Source: the human T2T-CHM13v2.0 reference genome, Homo sapiens
DNA: 64,000 nt
Strand: one strand, 5' to 3'
Assembly (NCBI RefSeq): GCF_009914755.1
Contig: NC_060929.1
This document shows positions 1-16,134 of the stretch, one piece after another; the stretch's first letter is position 1; every line of letters starts with the position of its first letter. The position numbers and the translations under genes are program-made. A model generated the notes under the pieces. It made no database searches and had not been told where the DNA came from. It saw nothing but the letters and a program-made list of their open reading frames with translations.

Positions 1-1689
1 AATGACATCCCTTCCGAAGGATTTGCATTTGAAAGGCTGTTGTTCAAATTTAATTCACATTTGACACAATGTTTTCTCTTGCAGAGCATTACAGAATATC
101 TGAAAATCAGTTTTTAGCAGTCTCTATTCTACATCCCTCTGATCATCTCTCTTTTTATTAACAGTATATTCTAAGTGAATTTCATGTGTGTTGTGGAAGT
201 GAAAAAAATCAGAAAATGTTCATATCCTTTATTCAGTCCCATTTTGATTTTTAAACTGCTCTTCTGTATTGTCTCTCCCATGGGGAGTACTGCCAAAAGG
301 AGCCTGCAGGACAGTGTCTCTGGGCTTCCTGGGACTACGGGGGTCCAGAATAAGAATCGACCCGAAGGGAGCACAGTGTGTTGTTCATAGAGAGTCATGA
401 TTAATATCTACCTCTGACTCTTTGCTCTTCTCCTGTGAGAGCAAGCCTGTATGAAATCACTCCACATGCCTGGATGGTTTGTTTTGCACGTCAAGCTCCA
501 ACAGCTCTCAGTGAAAAACCAAGATTACATCCTCAAACCCAGGCTGAAGAGAGGGCTGTCTTTAAGGGTAGCAGAATGTTCAGATTTGCTCCTGGCAAAT
601 CCTGTTATCTTAGGGGGAAAAAAAATTGAGGGTATTGATGAAGAGGCCCCTTTCTTTAAGAGGGCTGTCCAGTAAAGAGATGAGAGACAGCTGGAATTAG
701 CAGCTATTTGTTTTGTATGCTTTTGTATGTTGTTTTTGTATTGGAACACATTTTGTTCCCATAGTTAGATATTTTTTATTTATTTACTTATTTTTTTACC
801 CTTGGACGAGAAATACCGAAATCCAGATGCAAATGCAGGGTACAAAGTAAACTGCAGAATGGTATGCTGTCTCTGTATCATTGCTCGTTTTATAGGTTTT
901 GTCAGTTTCTGAAAAACGGTGAAAGATAATTGGCCTGAGATGTAAAGCCACACTCGGCTGTTCCAAGGAACAAAGAAAGACAGCTTTAGCCCACAAGGCC
1001 ATATTTTGTGAAACATACTCTTCCTTTTTAATAATGAGCTGATACACAGTGCTTCTTCTCAGCACTGAAAAATCTGTAGTTTTCCCCCTGCAATGTTGTA
1101 CAAGGCATTTAAACTGGTGCCATTTGTAATGCTGTGGTCGGTCTCATTGAACAAGAAGAGCCTACACTTGTTATCTTAACGAAAGGCGGAATGGCTGTAG
1201 CGCTCTGGCATGGCTGTGTGAGAGCTGCAATATCCTTCCAACATATTTAACCTTAGGACGATAGCATCAGAAACAGCGATAGCAAATAATCAGGACCCAG
1301 AAGCTGTCATCCCAGCAACTATCATGATCTTTTGGGTGTATTCAATGTTTCCTGTTTAGAAGTGGGCAAATATTTGTCAAGAAATATAAATATGAAACTC
1401 TAACTAGGGAATTCAGGTGATGCCTAGAAGACAGAACAAGTAGCCAATACATCCCATGGGAATCATAAATATATTGTCCTAAAGAAAAAACATCCCCCAT
1501 TCAAACGTGACCACCCTGCTACACTTTAGGCACCACGGCATTGACAGAGGTGACTATGGTAACACCTCTGTCTTTCATTCTTACTTTCTTATTTGAATTC
1601 AGTCACCATTTTAATTTTTCTTTTGAAATCCCACTCCAACTACATGTTATTTTTTCTCATAATTTACTTGCCTTCTTCCCAGTCTACTC

Positions 1690-2602
1690 TGGATACAGCA
1701 GTCGAAGCTATCTTCTTAAAAGTAAATTTGATTACATTATCCTGTTAGGAATCTCCAATGGTGGCCAGGCGCGGTGGCTCTCACCTGTAATCCCAGCACT
1801 TTGGGAGGCTGAGGTGGGTGGATCACAAGGTCAGGAGTTCGAGACCAGCCTGGCCAATATGGTGAAACCTCGTCTCTACTAAAAATATGAAAATTAGCTG
1901 GGCGTGGTGGCACGCACCTGTAGTCCCAGCTGCTCGGGAGGCTGAGGCAGGAGAATCACTTGAACCTGGGAGGCAGAGGTTGCAGATAGCCAGATTGTGC
2001 CACTGCACTCCAGCCTAGGTGACACAGTGAGACTTTGTCTCAAAAAAAAAAAAAAAAAATCTCCAATGGCAGAATAAAATAAAAACTCTTCACCATAGCC
2101 CAAGACTTGGTATGCCGTGTGCTCGCCTCTCCATTACTGATCTCTCACACTGCATTTCCCTTTGCTCATTCATCCAAGAACACGGGCTTGCTTTCTTCTC
2201 CTAGGACACACCAAGATCCTCCTGCTCCTGGGTCTTAATGCAAGTAAACTTCTCCCTATTCTTACCTCAAACTAATTATTTACTGGGTTTCTTCTCACCC
2301 CTCAGGTCTCAGCTTAAATGTTACCACCCATGTGAAGTCCTACTTAACAAACTTGCCCACAGCAGATGCCTCTCACTCCCTGTTATTTTAAATGTAAGCT
2401 TTGAGAATGTCTCTTCCACGGCAGATACAATCATTCAAATTATTTTATACATTTGTTTTTCTACCTCCTGTAAGCTATGACCTTCCTGAAGTCAAAGAGG
2501 AGGACTTTCCTCCCCTAGTCCATTTCTCCCCCTTATTTCCAGAGTCTACAACGGTACCTGGCACATATCAAGTGTTTAGCAAACATTTATTGAAGAAATG
2601 AA
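1690..2602 (+). mobile_element. L2 LINE 3' fragment (interrupted by Alu)
   Basis: Ends in the L2 3' signature GTACCTGGCACATA...AAACATTTATTGAAGAAATGAA; internal TCAGGTCTCAGCTTAAATGT; highly diverged. Confidence 0.7.
1763..2059 (+). mobile_element. AluS (AluSg-like)
   Basis: Full dimer with poly-A; TSD AATCTCCAATGG on both sides; GGATCACAAGGTCAGGAGTTCG 2-bp deletion pattern. Confidence 0.95.
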
Positions 2603-3844
2603 TTTTCATGTGGCCTACTGTATTTAAACCTTACTTCATTTTTTTTCCCTTGTTTGGCCCCCTACAGGGTGGAACTTGCCAAGCATCACATCCTATCCTC
2701 ATGCTCAACGTTTTTGTGGGCTTATGAAACCCCTACCCTTCCCTTTTTGCTACCTTGTGTATTTCGATAGGGAAGAGCAAAGCCAAAGTAATGTCATTGA
2801 GCACACGAGAGGGCACCACAGATGGGAGGAGAGATAACATATGATAGAGGGCACCCGCATGCTTCCGTGTCTTCTCAAAAGGCTCCTGGCCACATGAGAG
2901 CAGACACAGCTAAGCAGATGGTGGGAGTCATTTGCTTTTGCAATTCACTTGTTTATGTTTTTTGCCTGCCTTCCTGTCAATTTCAGCTCTTGGGTCCTTA
3001 TAGGCAGGGTCTTGTCCATGGTTATTATTGAGGTGTCACCTAATGAAGGTTTGGCATTTTATAAACATTGACTGTTTCGTGGTAAATTTTATTTGGCAGT
3101 ACAGGGACCGTCAAGAATCACAGATGATAAACTTGACTTGAATCAATAATGTTTAAATTAGATGACCTTGAATACAACTGGCCACTTTCCTATGTACATT
3201 TTCTCAAACAGCTTTTACAGTAATAAATACTCTAGCGATATCAGGTGGACTCACCATCTGAATGTGAAAAACCAGGCCATTTTTTAATAGTTGAATAGAC
3301 CTAAATCATGGCACAGTTTTTTTTTTTTACATGCAAAGTCCATTTATTCAATTAACATTTATTATAGTGGACACTATTTGTTGGTAGTTCAGAGCACAAG
3401 GAGAAATAGTCCTTGCGTTTTTGTTTTATCCTATTTAAATTAGAAAGACAGACAAAAAGAAAAAATGCATATACACAACTACTTAGTACTACATAGCACA
3501 AATTTACTTATTAAAAGGTAGGTCTGATACCACCCTGGCATAATGAGTGGTTTTATTAAGATTGCAATGTTTATTGGATTAGAGCTTAATCTGATGACAT
3601 AACTGTGTTGTACCTGGTTTTTAGCCAACAGAAAAGCTTTGAATTTGAAAACCTTAGGAGGCCAAGGAATCTGACAAGAAACCATTGGTAAAGCATTTAC
3701 AACTGTGATGTTGTATTTGAATTGTTTTTTGCTTAGTTTTTCTGTGATAAATCTGGGAGAGTATATTTAAATTGCAATTTTTAATATAATAAAACTAAAC
3801 ATTTTTTAAATAAATAGAAACTGTGTAAGAAAATGTCATGATTT

Positions 3845-4196
<352 letters not shown>

Positions 4197-4329
4197 TTAG
4201 ATTACACTGGTCTGTTACGTTCATTATTATAGGAGTAAGGTATATGGATTTGGCAATATATTTTTATCAATATTTGCATATTATGTTAAGTATCCACATT
4301 GTGTGAGTCTATGTTTAGAAGCCTATATT

Positions 4330-5153
<824 letters not shown>

Positions 5154-6117
5154 ATATCAATCACTACTAAGTTGTGTTAAACAGATCCTCAATTTTGACC
5201 TAAAGTATTTAAACAATGACTAAAAGGCATAAACAGGACAGTTTATATTTACAATTTGAATCAAAATTTTTACATGAAAATATAATAGTATTTAAACTTC
5301 AAGTTTGAGAAATCACATTCTGACATTTTTTAAAAGAATGTAAGCTCAGCTTTTGTATACAATAAGTGATCATCTTTCTCACACAGAATAAAACTGTGAT
5401 CAGAATGTTTATTCTAGAAATTCTGAAATGAATATTTAATTTCTGAGAAAGATAAAAATTGCTTCTTGTAGAAAATGCTAAAATTTTAGAATCTTAAAAA
5501 TCAAACCTCTTCTAGAAATTCTGTTATGTCAGAGATTTTGTCATGTTTATTAGAGTGATTTAACTCATTCTCCATGAACAGCAGAGTTATTATTAATTTC
5601 AGCATATAGATTCTGCCCTGAAGAAGATTCAGAAACAAAAGCCCCCATATTGCAATGGCCTATGGTTTGTTGAAATGTTCTGCTTAACGTAATGATTATA
5701 GAGAAAATAGAGATTTCCAACAAACACTAGTAACAGAAAATTACCCATTGTGGTATTTTCAGGTTTAATTCACTCCTCGTACTTCTATCAAATACTTACT
5801 CTTACAATGCCACTTCCAGGGAGTTGAGAAGTGAGTCATAGATGATATTAGCCATGCATTCCAGGAATTCACAGTGTGGGAAAAGATGTATAAGAAAACT
5901 GATTCAGCCATGATGTACTGTCCATTTCCTAAATTGTGAGAAATCCGTATGAAACCAAAGCATATTTGGTATTAATTAAGAGGAAGAAAAAGAAGATGCC
6001 TTCTACACATAACTAGAATTTCTTCACCCTCAGAAACACCAGTTAAATTCCTTAATGGAAAAAATGGCTTGATGCAAATGTATAGTAAACCAAATTTAAC
6101 TTTTTCAAGCTTTTCTT

Positions 6118-6270
6118 TGTGACCTTAACCTCTGTTTGCCTCATTTTTTTCATCTTAAGAATGGAGATAATGACATTATCCACCCAAGAGTGTTGTTGCA
6201 AAATATTAAGAAAGATAAAAGGAACTTGCAACAGCACCAAGCACAAAATTAGCATTCAGGAAATATTAGA
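6118..6270 (+). mobile_element. MIR fragment
   Basis: TGTGACCTTAACCTCTGTTTGCCTCATTTTTTTCATCTTAAGAATGGAGATAATG resembles MIR core. Confidence 0.7.
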
Positions 6271-7141
6271 TTTCATGATTGTGGTTGTTGATTTAAAAGT
6301 TTAGTTTTCAAAAGTGTTGCACCTGATGACATTAGTGCAATTTGACCATTGAAGTTAATTTACGTTATGTATATAGCAAACAAATAACTCTAGTGAAGTA
6401 GTTTCAACTTTATTTTTTAAATCAACCTTATTAAAATATAGTTTATATACCACAAATTCACCAATATGTTGAATGAATTTCGATGTAAAGATTATGTAAA
6501 AACAATTTGATGGTTTTTATAGTATTCATCAAGTTGTATAACCGTAACTATAATACAATCAATTTTAGAATATTACATCGCCTTTACAAGAAACTCTGTA
6601 TCTACTGTCAATTACTCCCCATTTTCCCCAGTCCTCCTCCACCCTGCTCTAGGCAACCACTAATCTACTTTCTATCTCTATAGGTTTGCATATTATGGAC
6701 ATTTTATATAAATGAAATAATATAATATGTGGTCTTTTGTGACTGGCTATTTTCACTTAGCTAATATTTTCAAGATTCATCCCCATAATAGCATTGATAC
6801 TATAATCCTTTTTTTGCCAAATAATATTCTATTGTAGAAATATACCTGATATGGTTTGGCTCCCACTCAAATCTCATCACAAACTATAATTCCCACGCGA
6901 TGAGGAAGGGACGAGGTGGGGCGGATTCCCCCATACTCTTCTCATGATAGTGAGAGAGTTCTCACGAGATCTGATGGAATAAAACTGGCAGTTTCCCCTG
7001 CCTACTCCTTCTCTCCTGTTGCTGGGTAAGATGTACCTTGCTTTTTCGCCTTCTGCCGTGATTCCTGAGGCCTCTCCCAGCCATGTGGAACTGTGAGTCA
7101 ATTAAACATCTTTCCTTTATAAATTACCCAGACTCAGGTAT

Positions 7142-7143
<2 letters not shown>

Positions 7144-7183
<40 letters not shown>

Positions 7184-7445
7184 AGATGGAGTCTCCCTTT
7201 GTTGCCCGGGCTGGAGTGCAGTGGCACAATCTCGGCTCATTGCAACCTGCACCTCCTGCCTCAGCTTCCCGAGTAGCTGGGATTACAGGCATGCACCATG
7301 ACACCCGGCTAAATTTTGTATTTTTAATGGAGACGGGGTTTCACCATGTTGGCCAGGCTGCTCTCAAACTCCTGACCTCAAGTGATGCACCTGCCTCAGC
7401 CTCCCAAAATGCTGGGATTACAGGTGTGAGCCACCACGCCCAGCC
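7144..7445 (-). mobile_element. AluS inside THE1 5' LTR, with internal deletion
   Basis: 39-nt poly-T; TSD TCAGGT(A/G)TTCTTT. Confidence 0.95.
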
Positions 7446-7923
7446 TCAGGTGTTCTTTATAGTAGTGTGAAAATGGACTAATACAAAGAATTGGTACCAG
7501 CTGAGTTGGGTACTGCTATAAAGATACCTGAAAATGTGGAAGCATCTTTGGAACTGGGTAACAGGCAGAGGTTGAAACAGTTTGCATGGCTCAGAAGAAG
7601 ATAGGAAGATGGAGGAAAGTTTGAAAATTCCTAGATACTTGTTGAATGGTTTTAACCAAAATGCTGAAAATGATATAGACAGTGAAATCCAGGCTGAGGA
7701 GGTCTGAGATGGAGATGAGGAACTTATTGGGAACTGGAGTAAAGGTCATTCTTGCTATGCTTTAGCTGAGAGTTTGGCAGCATTTCCCCCCTGCCCTGGA
7801 GATCTGTGGAACTTTAAACTTGAGGAAGATGTTTTAGGGTATCTGGCAGAAGAAATTTCTAAGCAGCAAAGCATTCTAGATGTGACATGGGTTTTTCTGA
7901 AAGTGCATAGTTATGAGCATTCA

Positions 7924-8451
<528 letters not shown>

Positions 8452-9361
8452 CTAGAGGCCTAGAAGGTGCCTGCTTCACCTTCTTCCATGATTGTAAGTT
8501 TCCTGAGGCCTCCCCAGCCATGCTGAACTATAAGTCAATTAAACCTCTTTTCTTTATAAATTACCCAGTCTCGGGTATTTCTTTACAGCAGTGTGAAAAT
8601 GGACTAATACAACACCATATTCTGTTTATCCATTCATCAGTTTATAGATATTTGGCCTGTTTTCACCTTTTAGCTATGATACATAAGGCTACTATGCACA
8701 TTTGCGTACAAGTTTTTATGTGGACATATATTTTCTGTCCACTTGGGTATACATTCCTAGGAGTAGAATTACTGGGTCATATTGTTTATTACCATATATT
8801 TAACTTTTTGAAGAACTACCAGACTGTTTTCAAAAGTGTACTTTCTGACCAGCAATCTATGAAGATAACAATTTCCCCACATCTTCACCAACACTTCATT
8901 CTGTCTTTTTGATTATAGCCATCCTAGTTGGTTGAACACTTTGTATGAGATTATTGATCATTTTTATGTGTTCTTTTGGATAAATGTCTATTCAAACTAT
9001 TTGCACATTTTTAAATCGAATTGTTTGTCTTTGTACTATTAAGGTATAAGAGTTCTTTATATATTTTATAATGAAGTCTCTTATCAGACATGATTTAAAA
9101 ATGTTTTCTCCCATTCTGTAGGTGGTTTTCAATTTTCTTAATCATGCCCTTTGAAGCACAGATTTTAATTTTAAGACCATGCAATTTATCTCTTTTTTCT
9201 TTTGTTACTTTTGTTTTGGTGTCATATTTAAGAAGGCTTTTCCTAGCCCAAGATAATGCAATTTTATTCCTATATATTCTTCTAACAGAGTTTTAGGACT
9301 TACATTCAGATCTTTGATCCATTTTGAGTTAACTAGTTGCTTATGGCATGAGGAAAGAGTC

Positions 9362-9660
9362 TTTTTTTTTTTTTTTTTTTTGAGATGGAGTCTCGCTCTG
9401 TTGCCAGGCTGGATAACAGTGGCCAGATCTTGGCTCACTGCAATCTCTACCTCCTGGGTTCAAGTGATTGCCCTGCCTGAGCCTCCTGAGTAGCTGGGAT
9501 TACAGGCGCATGCCACCACGCCCAGCTAATTTTTGTATTTTTAGTAGAGATGGGGTTTCACCATGTTGGCCAAGATGGTCTCGATCTCTTGACCTCGTGG
9601 TATGTCTGCCTCAGCCTTCCAAAGTGCTGGGATTACAGGCATGAGCCACCGTGCCCGGCC
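9362..9660 (-). mobile_element. AluSc
   Basis: GTTGCCAGGCTGG and GATGGTCTCGATCTCTTGACCTCG diagnostics; TSD GAAAGAGTCT. Confidence 0.93.
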
Positions 9661-12600
9661 CTAGAAAGAGTCTATATTAATGAATTTTTGGGTGAGGATA
9701 TCCAGTTATCTTAAGACCATTTGTTGAAAACCGTATCCCTATTGGATTTTCTTGGTGAAATGCAGTTGTCTGCAAATGTAACGGTTTGTTTCTGAACTCT
9801 CAATTCTATTCCATTGATGTGTATGTCTGTCCTTATTCTGTCATCACTTTGTCCTGATCTCTGTAGCTTTGTAATAACTTTTAAAGTTGGGAAGAGTGAG
9901 TCCTCCAATTTTCTTATTTTTCAATATAGTTTTGGCTCTTGTGGATTCCTTACATGTCCATAAGAATGTTAAGATCATCCTCACAATTTCTGGAAAAGAT
10001 GCCAGCTGGGATTTTGACACATGGTTTGTGTTGAATCTGTAGATCAATTTGGGGAATATAACCATGTTAATAATACTATATATTCCCATCCACAAACGTG
10101 ATTTCTTTGAATTTATTTATATCTCTTTTTAATTTCTTCCCATAATCTTTTGTACTTTTTGTTTTTTGTTTCATTTAGTTGTAGTTATTTTATTATTTTT
10201 GATGCTATTATAAATTGAATTATTGTGTTAGTCATGGTGAAAATTTTCATTGTTAGTGTATAAAAATAGATTTTTATATTTTCATTCTCTATACTGTCAA
10301 ACTTATTTATTAGTTCTAATAATTTTTTACTAGAATTTTCTGTATTCAAGATCATAGCATTTGTAAACATAGTTAGTTTTAATTCTTCAATTCCAGTCTG
10401 GATATCATTTATTTCTCTCTTTTTGCCTAATTGCCCTGTCTAGAACTAACAGTGCATAGAAGTGGTACAACTGAATGTCCTTGTCTTATTCTTAACCTTA
10501 GGGCAAAGCATTAAGTCTTTCACTATTAAGTAGGATGTTAGCTAAGGGTTTTTAAATAAATGCTTTTTATCAGGTTGAGGAATTTCTCTTCTATTTCTAG
10601 TTGTTGTTTTTATCGTGAAAGTGTGTTGGATTTCGCCAAAAGGCTTTTTCTGCACCTATTGAGACTATCATGTAGGTTTTGTGAGTTACTCTATTGATAT
10701 GACATATGACAATAAATGATTTTTAAAAGTCAGACCACACTTGACTTTGTGGAATCAATTCTACTTGGTCATCTTGTATAATTATTTTTATATGTTAGAT
10801 TTTGTTTGGCAGTGTTAGGTAGTGGAGGAATTTCGAAACTATATTCATAAGCAATATTAATCTGTATTTTATTTTTCTTGTGATTGTCTTTTTCAGGTTT
10901 TGACATGAAAATTAACACTGGCTTCATAGAATAAGCTAGGGAGTGTTGCTTTTCTATTTTTTGAAGTGTTCATGAGAATTGGTATTAATTTTTCTTAAAT
11001 GTTTGGTACAACTTACCAGCGAAGCTGTCTGGATTTTGGCCCTTTTATTTTGTGTGGGAATTTTTTAGTTACTAATTTGATCTCTTGTTTTCGTAGATTT
11101 ATTCAGATTTTCTATTCCCGTTTCAGTTCAGTTTCAGTAGTTTTTCTAGGAAAGTGTCAGTTTTTCTAAGTTATCTAATTAGTTGGTATAGAGCTATTCC
11201 CTTATGATCCTTTTTATTTCTGGAAGCGCAGTAGTGATGACCACCCCCGTGCCCCTATTTCATTCTTGATTTTATTAATTTGAATCTTTTCTCCCTACTA
11301 TTTTTCTTCTCGTTGTTCAATGTAGTTAAAATTTTTTTCAATTTTATTGACCTTTTCAAAGAACCTACTTTCAGTTTTGTTGATTTTTGTTTGTTTTTCT
11401 ATTTCCTAGTTCATTAATCTCACTCTAATTTTTATTATTTCCTTTGTCTATTTGCTTTAGATTTAGAATGTTCTTCTTTTTCCAGTGTCATAAAGGTAGA
11501 AAGTAGATTGTATCCTTGAGTTTGTTCTATTTTTTAAAATATGGATGTTTATGCCCATACATTCCTCTGTGAACACTGCTTTACCTGCATCCCATGAGCT
11601 TCCATATGTTGTGTCTTCATTTGCATTCATATTAAAGTATTTTCTAATTTCCTTTGTTATTTCTTCTTTCACCCATTGCTTATGTTGGGGTATGTTACTT
11701 ACTTTCAACATATATGTAACTTTACTCCTGTTATTGACTTCAAATTTTGTTCCATGTGGTTGAAAACATATTTTGCATAATTTCCATCATTTTAAATATG
11801 TGGAGGACTTGTTTTATAATGTAGCAGATGGTCTATCTCAGAGTTTTCCACGTGGACTTGAGAGAATCTATACTCTGTTGTAGTTGCATAGAATGTTCCA
11901 TAGGTGTCTTTTAGGTCTAATTGGTTTATAGTGTTCCTCAAGTCTTATCTTGTTGATTTTCTGCCAAGCAGTTCTCACCACAATTGAAATTGAAGTATTA
12001 AAATACCCAACTATCATCACTGAATTCCGTATTTTGGGAATTCCCTTTAATTCTTTCACTTTTTGCTTTATGTAATCTGGGGCTCTGTTTGCATCTGTAT
12101 TTAGGCGAGTGTAAGCTTATAATTATATCATGCAATAAATTGAAACATTTATCATTATAAAATTCCTTAAGCTCTTGTAACATTTTAAATTTTAAAGTTT
12201 ATTTTGACTGATAATACACTAGCCACTGCAGCATTCATGTTATAGTGATTTGCTTAATATACATTTTTTCCTTATTTTCCTTTCAACCGATTTTTTTCAA
12301 CCTATTTTTATCTGTGATATAAAGTATTTTTCTTGAAGACAGGACAGCATCTACTTAGCTACATCTTAACTTATGAGAATGCAGTTTAGATTTATACTAA
12401 GCTACTTCTAGTGAGATATAGAAATGTTACTCCTGTATCTCTATTTCTTCTTCATTTTTTGCTAATATTATATACATATTGCATCTATATATGTTACCAC
12501 AGCAATAATACATTGTTATAACTCTGTATGTCTCATAAATTCTGAGAGAAGAAAAGAGATTAATTATATATTTACACAATTTGTTACGTTCACTTCGTCA

Positions 12601-15150
12601 TTTACAGTATACTTTCTGCAATTTATTTTGGTGGATTAAAGTTCTCATCTGGTGTCACTTCCTTGCTTCAATACAGGTTTGCTCCCTCTTGCCTTCTGCT
12701 GCTACTGTCAAAAGTATCACCTATCTATATGTTAAAATCTAACAGTACAATTATACACATAATTTTTATATAATTGCTTTATAAATCAGTTGAGAAAATC
12801 AGAGAACAAACATGAACTTAAACTATCATTCTGTAAGTACATAATTACTTTTACAAGCATGCTTCATTCCTTCACGTGGATTGGAATTACTGCCTGGGTT
12901 CACTTGCTTTCAGTCTAAAGAAATTATTTTAGTATATTTTGTAAGTCAGGCCTGCTATCAACAAATTCTCCCACTTCTTGTTCATCTGAGAGGGTCTTTA
13001 TTATTTCCCTTTCATTTCTGAAAGATAGTTGTGCCGTACATGTAACATTATTGTTTGATGGTGTTTCTCTTTCAGCACCATGAATGTCATCCAACTACCT
13101 TTGGACTTCATTGTCTCTGAGAAGTCCACTGTTAATCTTATTAAAATGTTCTCGAACATGAATCATTTTTCTCTTGCAGATTTAATATTTTCTCTTTGTC
13201 TTTGGCTTACAATCTTTTTAGTATGATGTGTCTGTGTATAGATCTTTTTGAACTTATCCTATTTCAAAATTTTGGGGCTTCATGGATATGTGGATAATTT
13301 TTTTTAAATCAAATTTGTCAAGTTTTTTTTAAATATATATACTTTAAGTTCTGGGATACATGTGCAGAGCATGCAGGTTTGTTACATAGATATACATGTG
13401 CCATGGTGGTTTGCTGCACCCATCAACCCATCAGCTACATTAGCTATTTGTCCTAATGCTCTCCCTCCTCTCATCCCCACCCCCTCTGACAGGCCCCAGT
13501 GTGTGATGTTTCCCTCCCTGTGTCATGTGTTCTCACTGTTCAACTCCCACTTATGAGTGAGAACATGAGGTGTTTGGTTTTCTGTTCCTGTGTTAGTTTG
13601 CTGAGAATGATAGTTTCCAGCTACATCCATGTCCCTGCAAAGGACATGAACTCATCCTTTTTTATGGCTGCGTAGTATTCCATGGTGTATATGTGCCACA
13701 TTTTCTTTATCCAGTCTATCATTGATGGGCATTTCGGTTGGTTCCAAGCCTTCACTATTGTGGATAGTACTGCAATAAACATACATGTGCATGTGTCTTT
13801 ATAATAGAATGATTTATAATCCTTTGGGTACATACCCAGTAATGGGATTGCTGGATCAAATTGTATTTCTGGTTCTAGATCCTTGAGGAATCACCACACT
13901 GTCTTCCACAATGGTTGAACTAATTTACACTCCCACCAACAGTGTAAAAGTGTTCCTATTTCTTCACATCCTCTCCAGCATCTGTTGTTTCTTGACTTTT
14001 TAATGATCACCATTCTAACTGCCATGAGATGATGTCTCATTGTGGTTTTGATTTGCATTTCTCTAATGACCAGTGATGATGAGCCTTTTTTCATCTGTTT
14101 GTTGGCCATATAAATGTCTTCTTTTGAGAAGTGTCTGTTCATAACTTTCTCCCACTTTTTGATGGGGTTGTTTTTTTCTTGTAAATTTAAGTTCCTTGTA
14201 GATTTTGGATATTAGCCCTTTGTCAGATGGATGATTGCAAAAATTTTCTCCCTTAATGTAGGTGGCCTGTTCACTCTGATAATAGTTTCTTTTACTTTGC
14301 GGAAGCTCTTTAGTTTGATTAGATCCCATTTGTCTATTTTGGCTTTTGTTGCCATTATTTTTGGTGTTTGAGTCATGAAGTCTTTGCCCATGCCTATGTC
14401 CTGAATGGTATTGCCTAAGTTTTCTTCTAGGGTTTTTATGGTTTTAGGTCTTATGTTTAAGTCTTTAATCTATTTTGAGTTAATTTTTATATATGGTGTA
14501 AGGAAGGGTTCCAGTTTCAGTTTTCTGCATATGGTTACCCAGTTTTCCCAACACCGTTTATTAAATAGGGAATCCTTCCCCTATTGCTTGGTTTTGTCAG
14601 GTTTGTCAAAGATCAGATGGCTGTAGATGTGTGGTGTTATTTCTGAGGCCTCTGTTCTATTGCATTGGTCTATATACCTGTTTTGGTGCCAGCACCATAC
14701 TGTTTTGGTAACTGTAACCTTGTAGTATAGTTTGAAGTCAGGTAGCTTTGATGCCTCCAGCTTTGTTCTTTTTGCTTAGGATTGTCTTGGCAATGCAGGC
14801 TGTATTTTGGTTCCATATGAAATTTAAAGTAGTTTTTTCTAATTCTGTGAAGAAAGTCAATGGTAGCTTGATGGGGATAACATTGAATATATAAATTACT
14901 TTGGGCAGTATGGCCATTTTCACGATACTGATTCTTCCTATCCATAAGCACGGAATGATTTTCCATTTGTTTGTGTCCTCTCTTATTTCCTTGAGCAGTG
15001 GTTTGTAATTTTCCTTGAAGCGGTCCTTCACATCCCTTGTAAGTTGTACTCCTAACATTTTATTCGCTTTGTAGCATTTGTGAATGGGAGTTCACTCATG
15101 ATGTGGCTCTCTGTTTGTTTATTATTGGTGTATAGGAATGCTTGTGATTT

Positions 15151-16134
15151 TTACACATTGATTTTATGTCCTGAGACTTTGCTTATCAGCTTAAGGAGAT
15201 TTTGGACTGAGACAGTGGGGTTTTCTAAATACACAATTATGTTATCTGCAAACAGAGAGAATTTGACTTCCTCTCTTCCTATTTGAATTCCCTTTATTTC
15301 TTTATCTTGCCTGATTGCCCTGGCCAGAACTTCCAATACTATATTGAATAGGAGTGGTGAGAGAGGGCATGCTTGTCTTGTGCTGGTTTTCAAAGGGCAC
15401 GTTTCCAGCCTTTGCCCATTCAGTATGATATTGGCTGTAGGTTTTTCATAAATAGCTCTTATTATTTTGAGATGTGTTCCATCAATACCTACTTTATTGA
15501 GAGTTTTTGGCATGAAGGATTGTTGAATTTTATTGAAGGCCTTTTCTGCATCTATTGAGATAATCATGTGGTTTTTGTCATTTATTCTGTTTATGTGATG
15601 GATTACATTTATTGATTTGCATATGTCGAACCCATCTTGCATGCCAGGAATGAAGCCATCTTGAATGTGGTGGATCAGCTTTTTGAGGTGCTTCTGGATT
15701 TGGTTTGCCAGTATTTTATTGAAGATTTTCACATCGATATTCATCAGGGATATTGGCCTGAAATTCCCCCCTTTTTTTTTAATATCTCTGGCAGGTTTTG
15801 GTATCAGGATGATGTTGGTCTCATAAAATGAGTTAGGGAGGAGTCCCTCTTTTTCTGTTGTTTGGAATAATTTCAGAAAGCATGGTACCAGCTCCTCTTT
15901 GTACCTCTGGTAGAATTCAGCTGTGAATCCATCTGGTCCTGGGCTTTTTTTGGTTGGTAGGCTATTAATTACTGCCTCAATTTCAGAACTTGTTATTGGT
16001 CTATTCAGGGATTTGACTTCTTCCTGGTTTAGCCTTGGGAGAGTGTATGAGTCCAGGAATTGATCCATTTCTTCTAGATTTTCTAGTTTATTTGCATAGA
16101 GGTGTTTATAGTATTCTTTGATGGTAGTTTGCAT
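15151..16134 (-). pseudogene. L1 ORF2p reverse transcriptase fragment (catalytic motif mutated, FADD to FADN)
   Basis: [41 protein letters not shown] and LFADN motifs in 327-aa ORF. Confidence 0.95.

Noticed and set aside
171-1065. Short overlapping ORFs at the window start
   Set aside because: No recognisable protein similarity; lengths are within chance expectation.
15151-16134. 327-aa reverse-transcriptase ORF as a novel RT system
   Set aside because: It is an ordinary fragment of L1 ORF2 inside a full-length L1PA, with frameshifts on both sides and FADD mutated to FADN.
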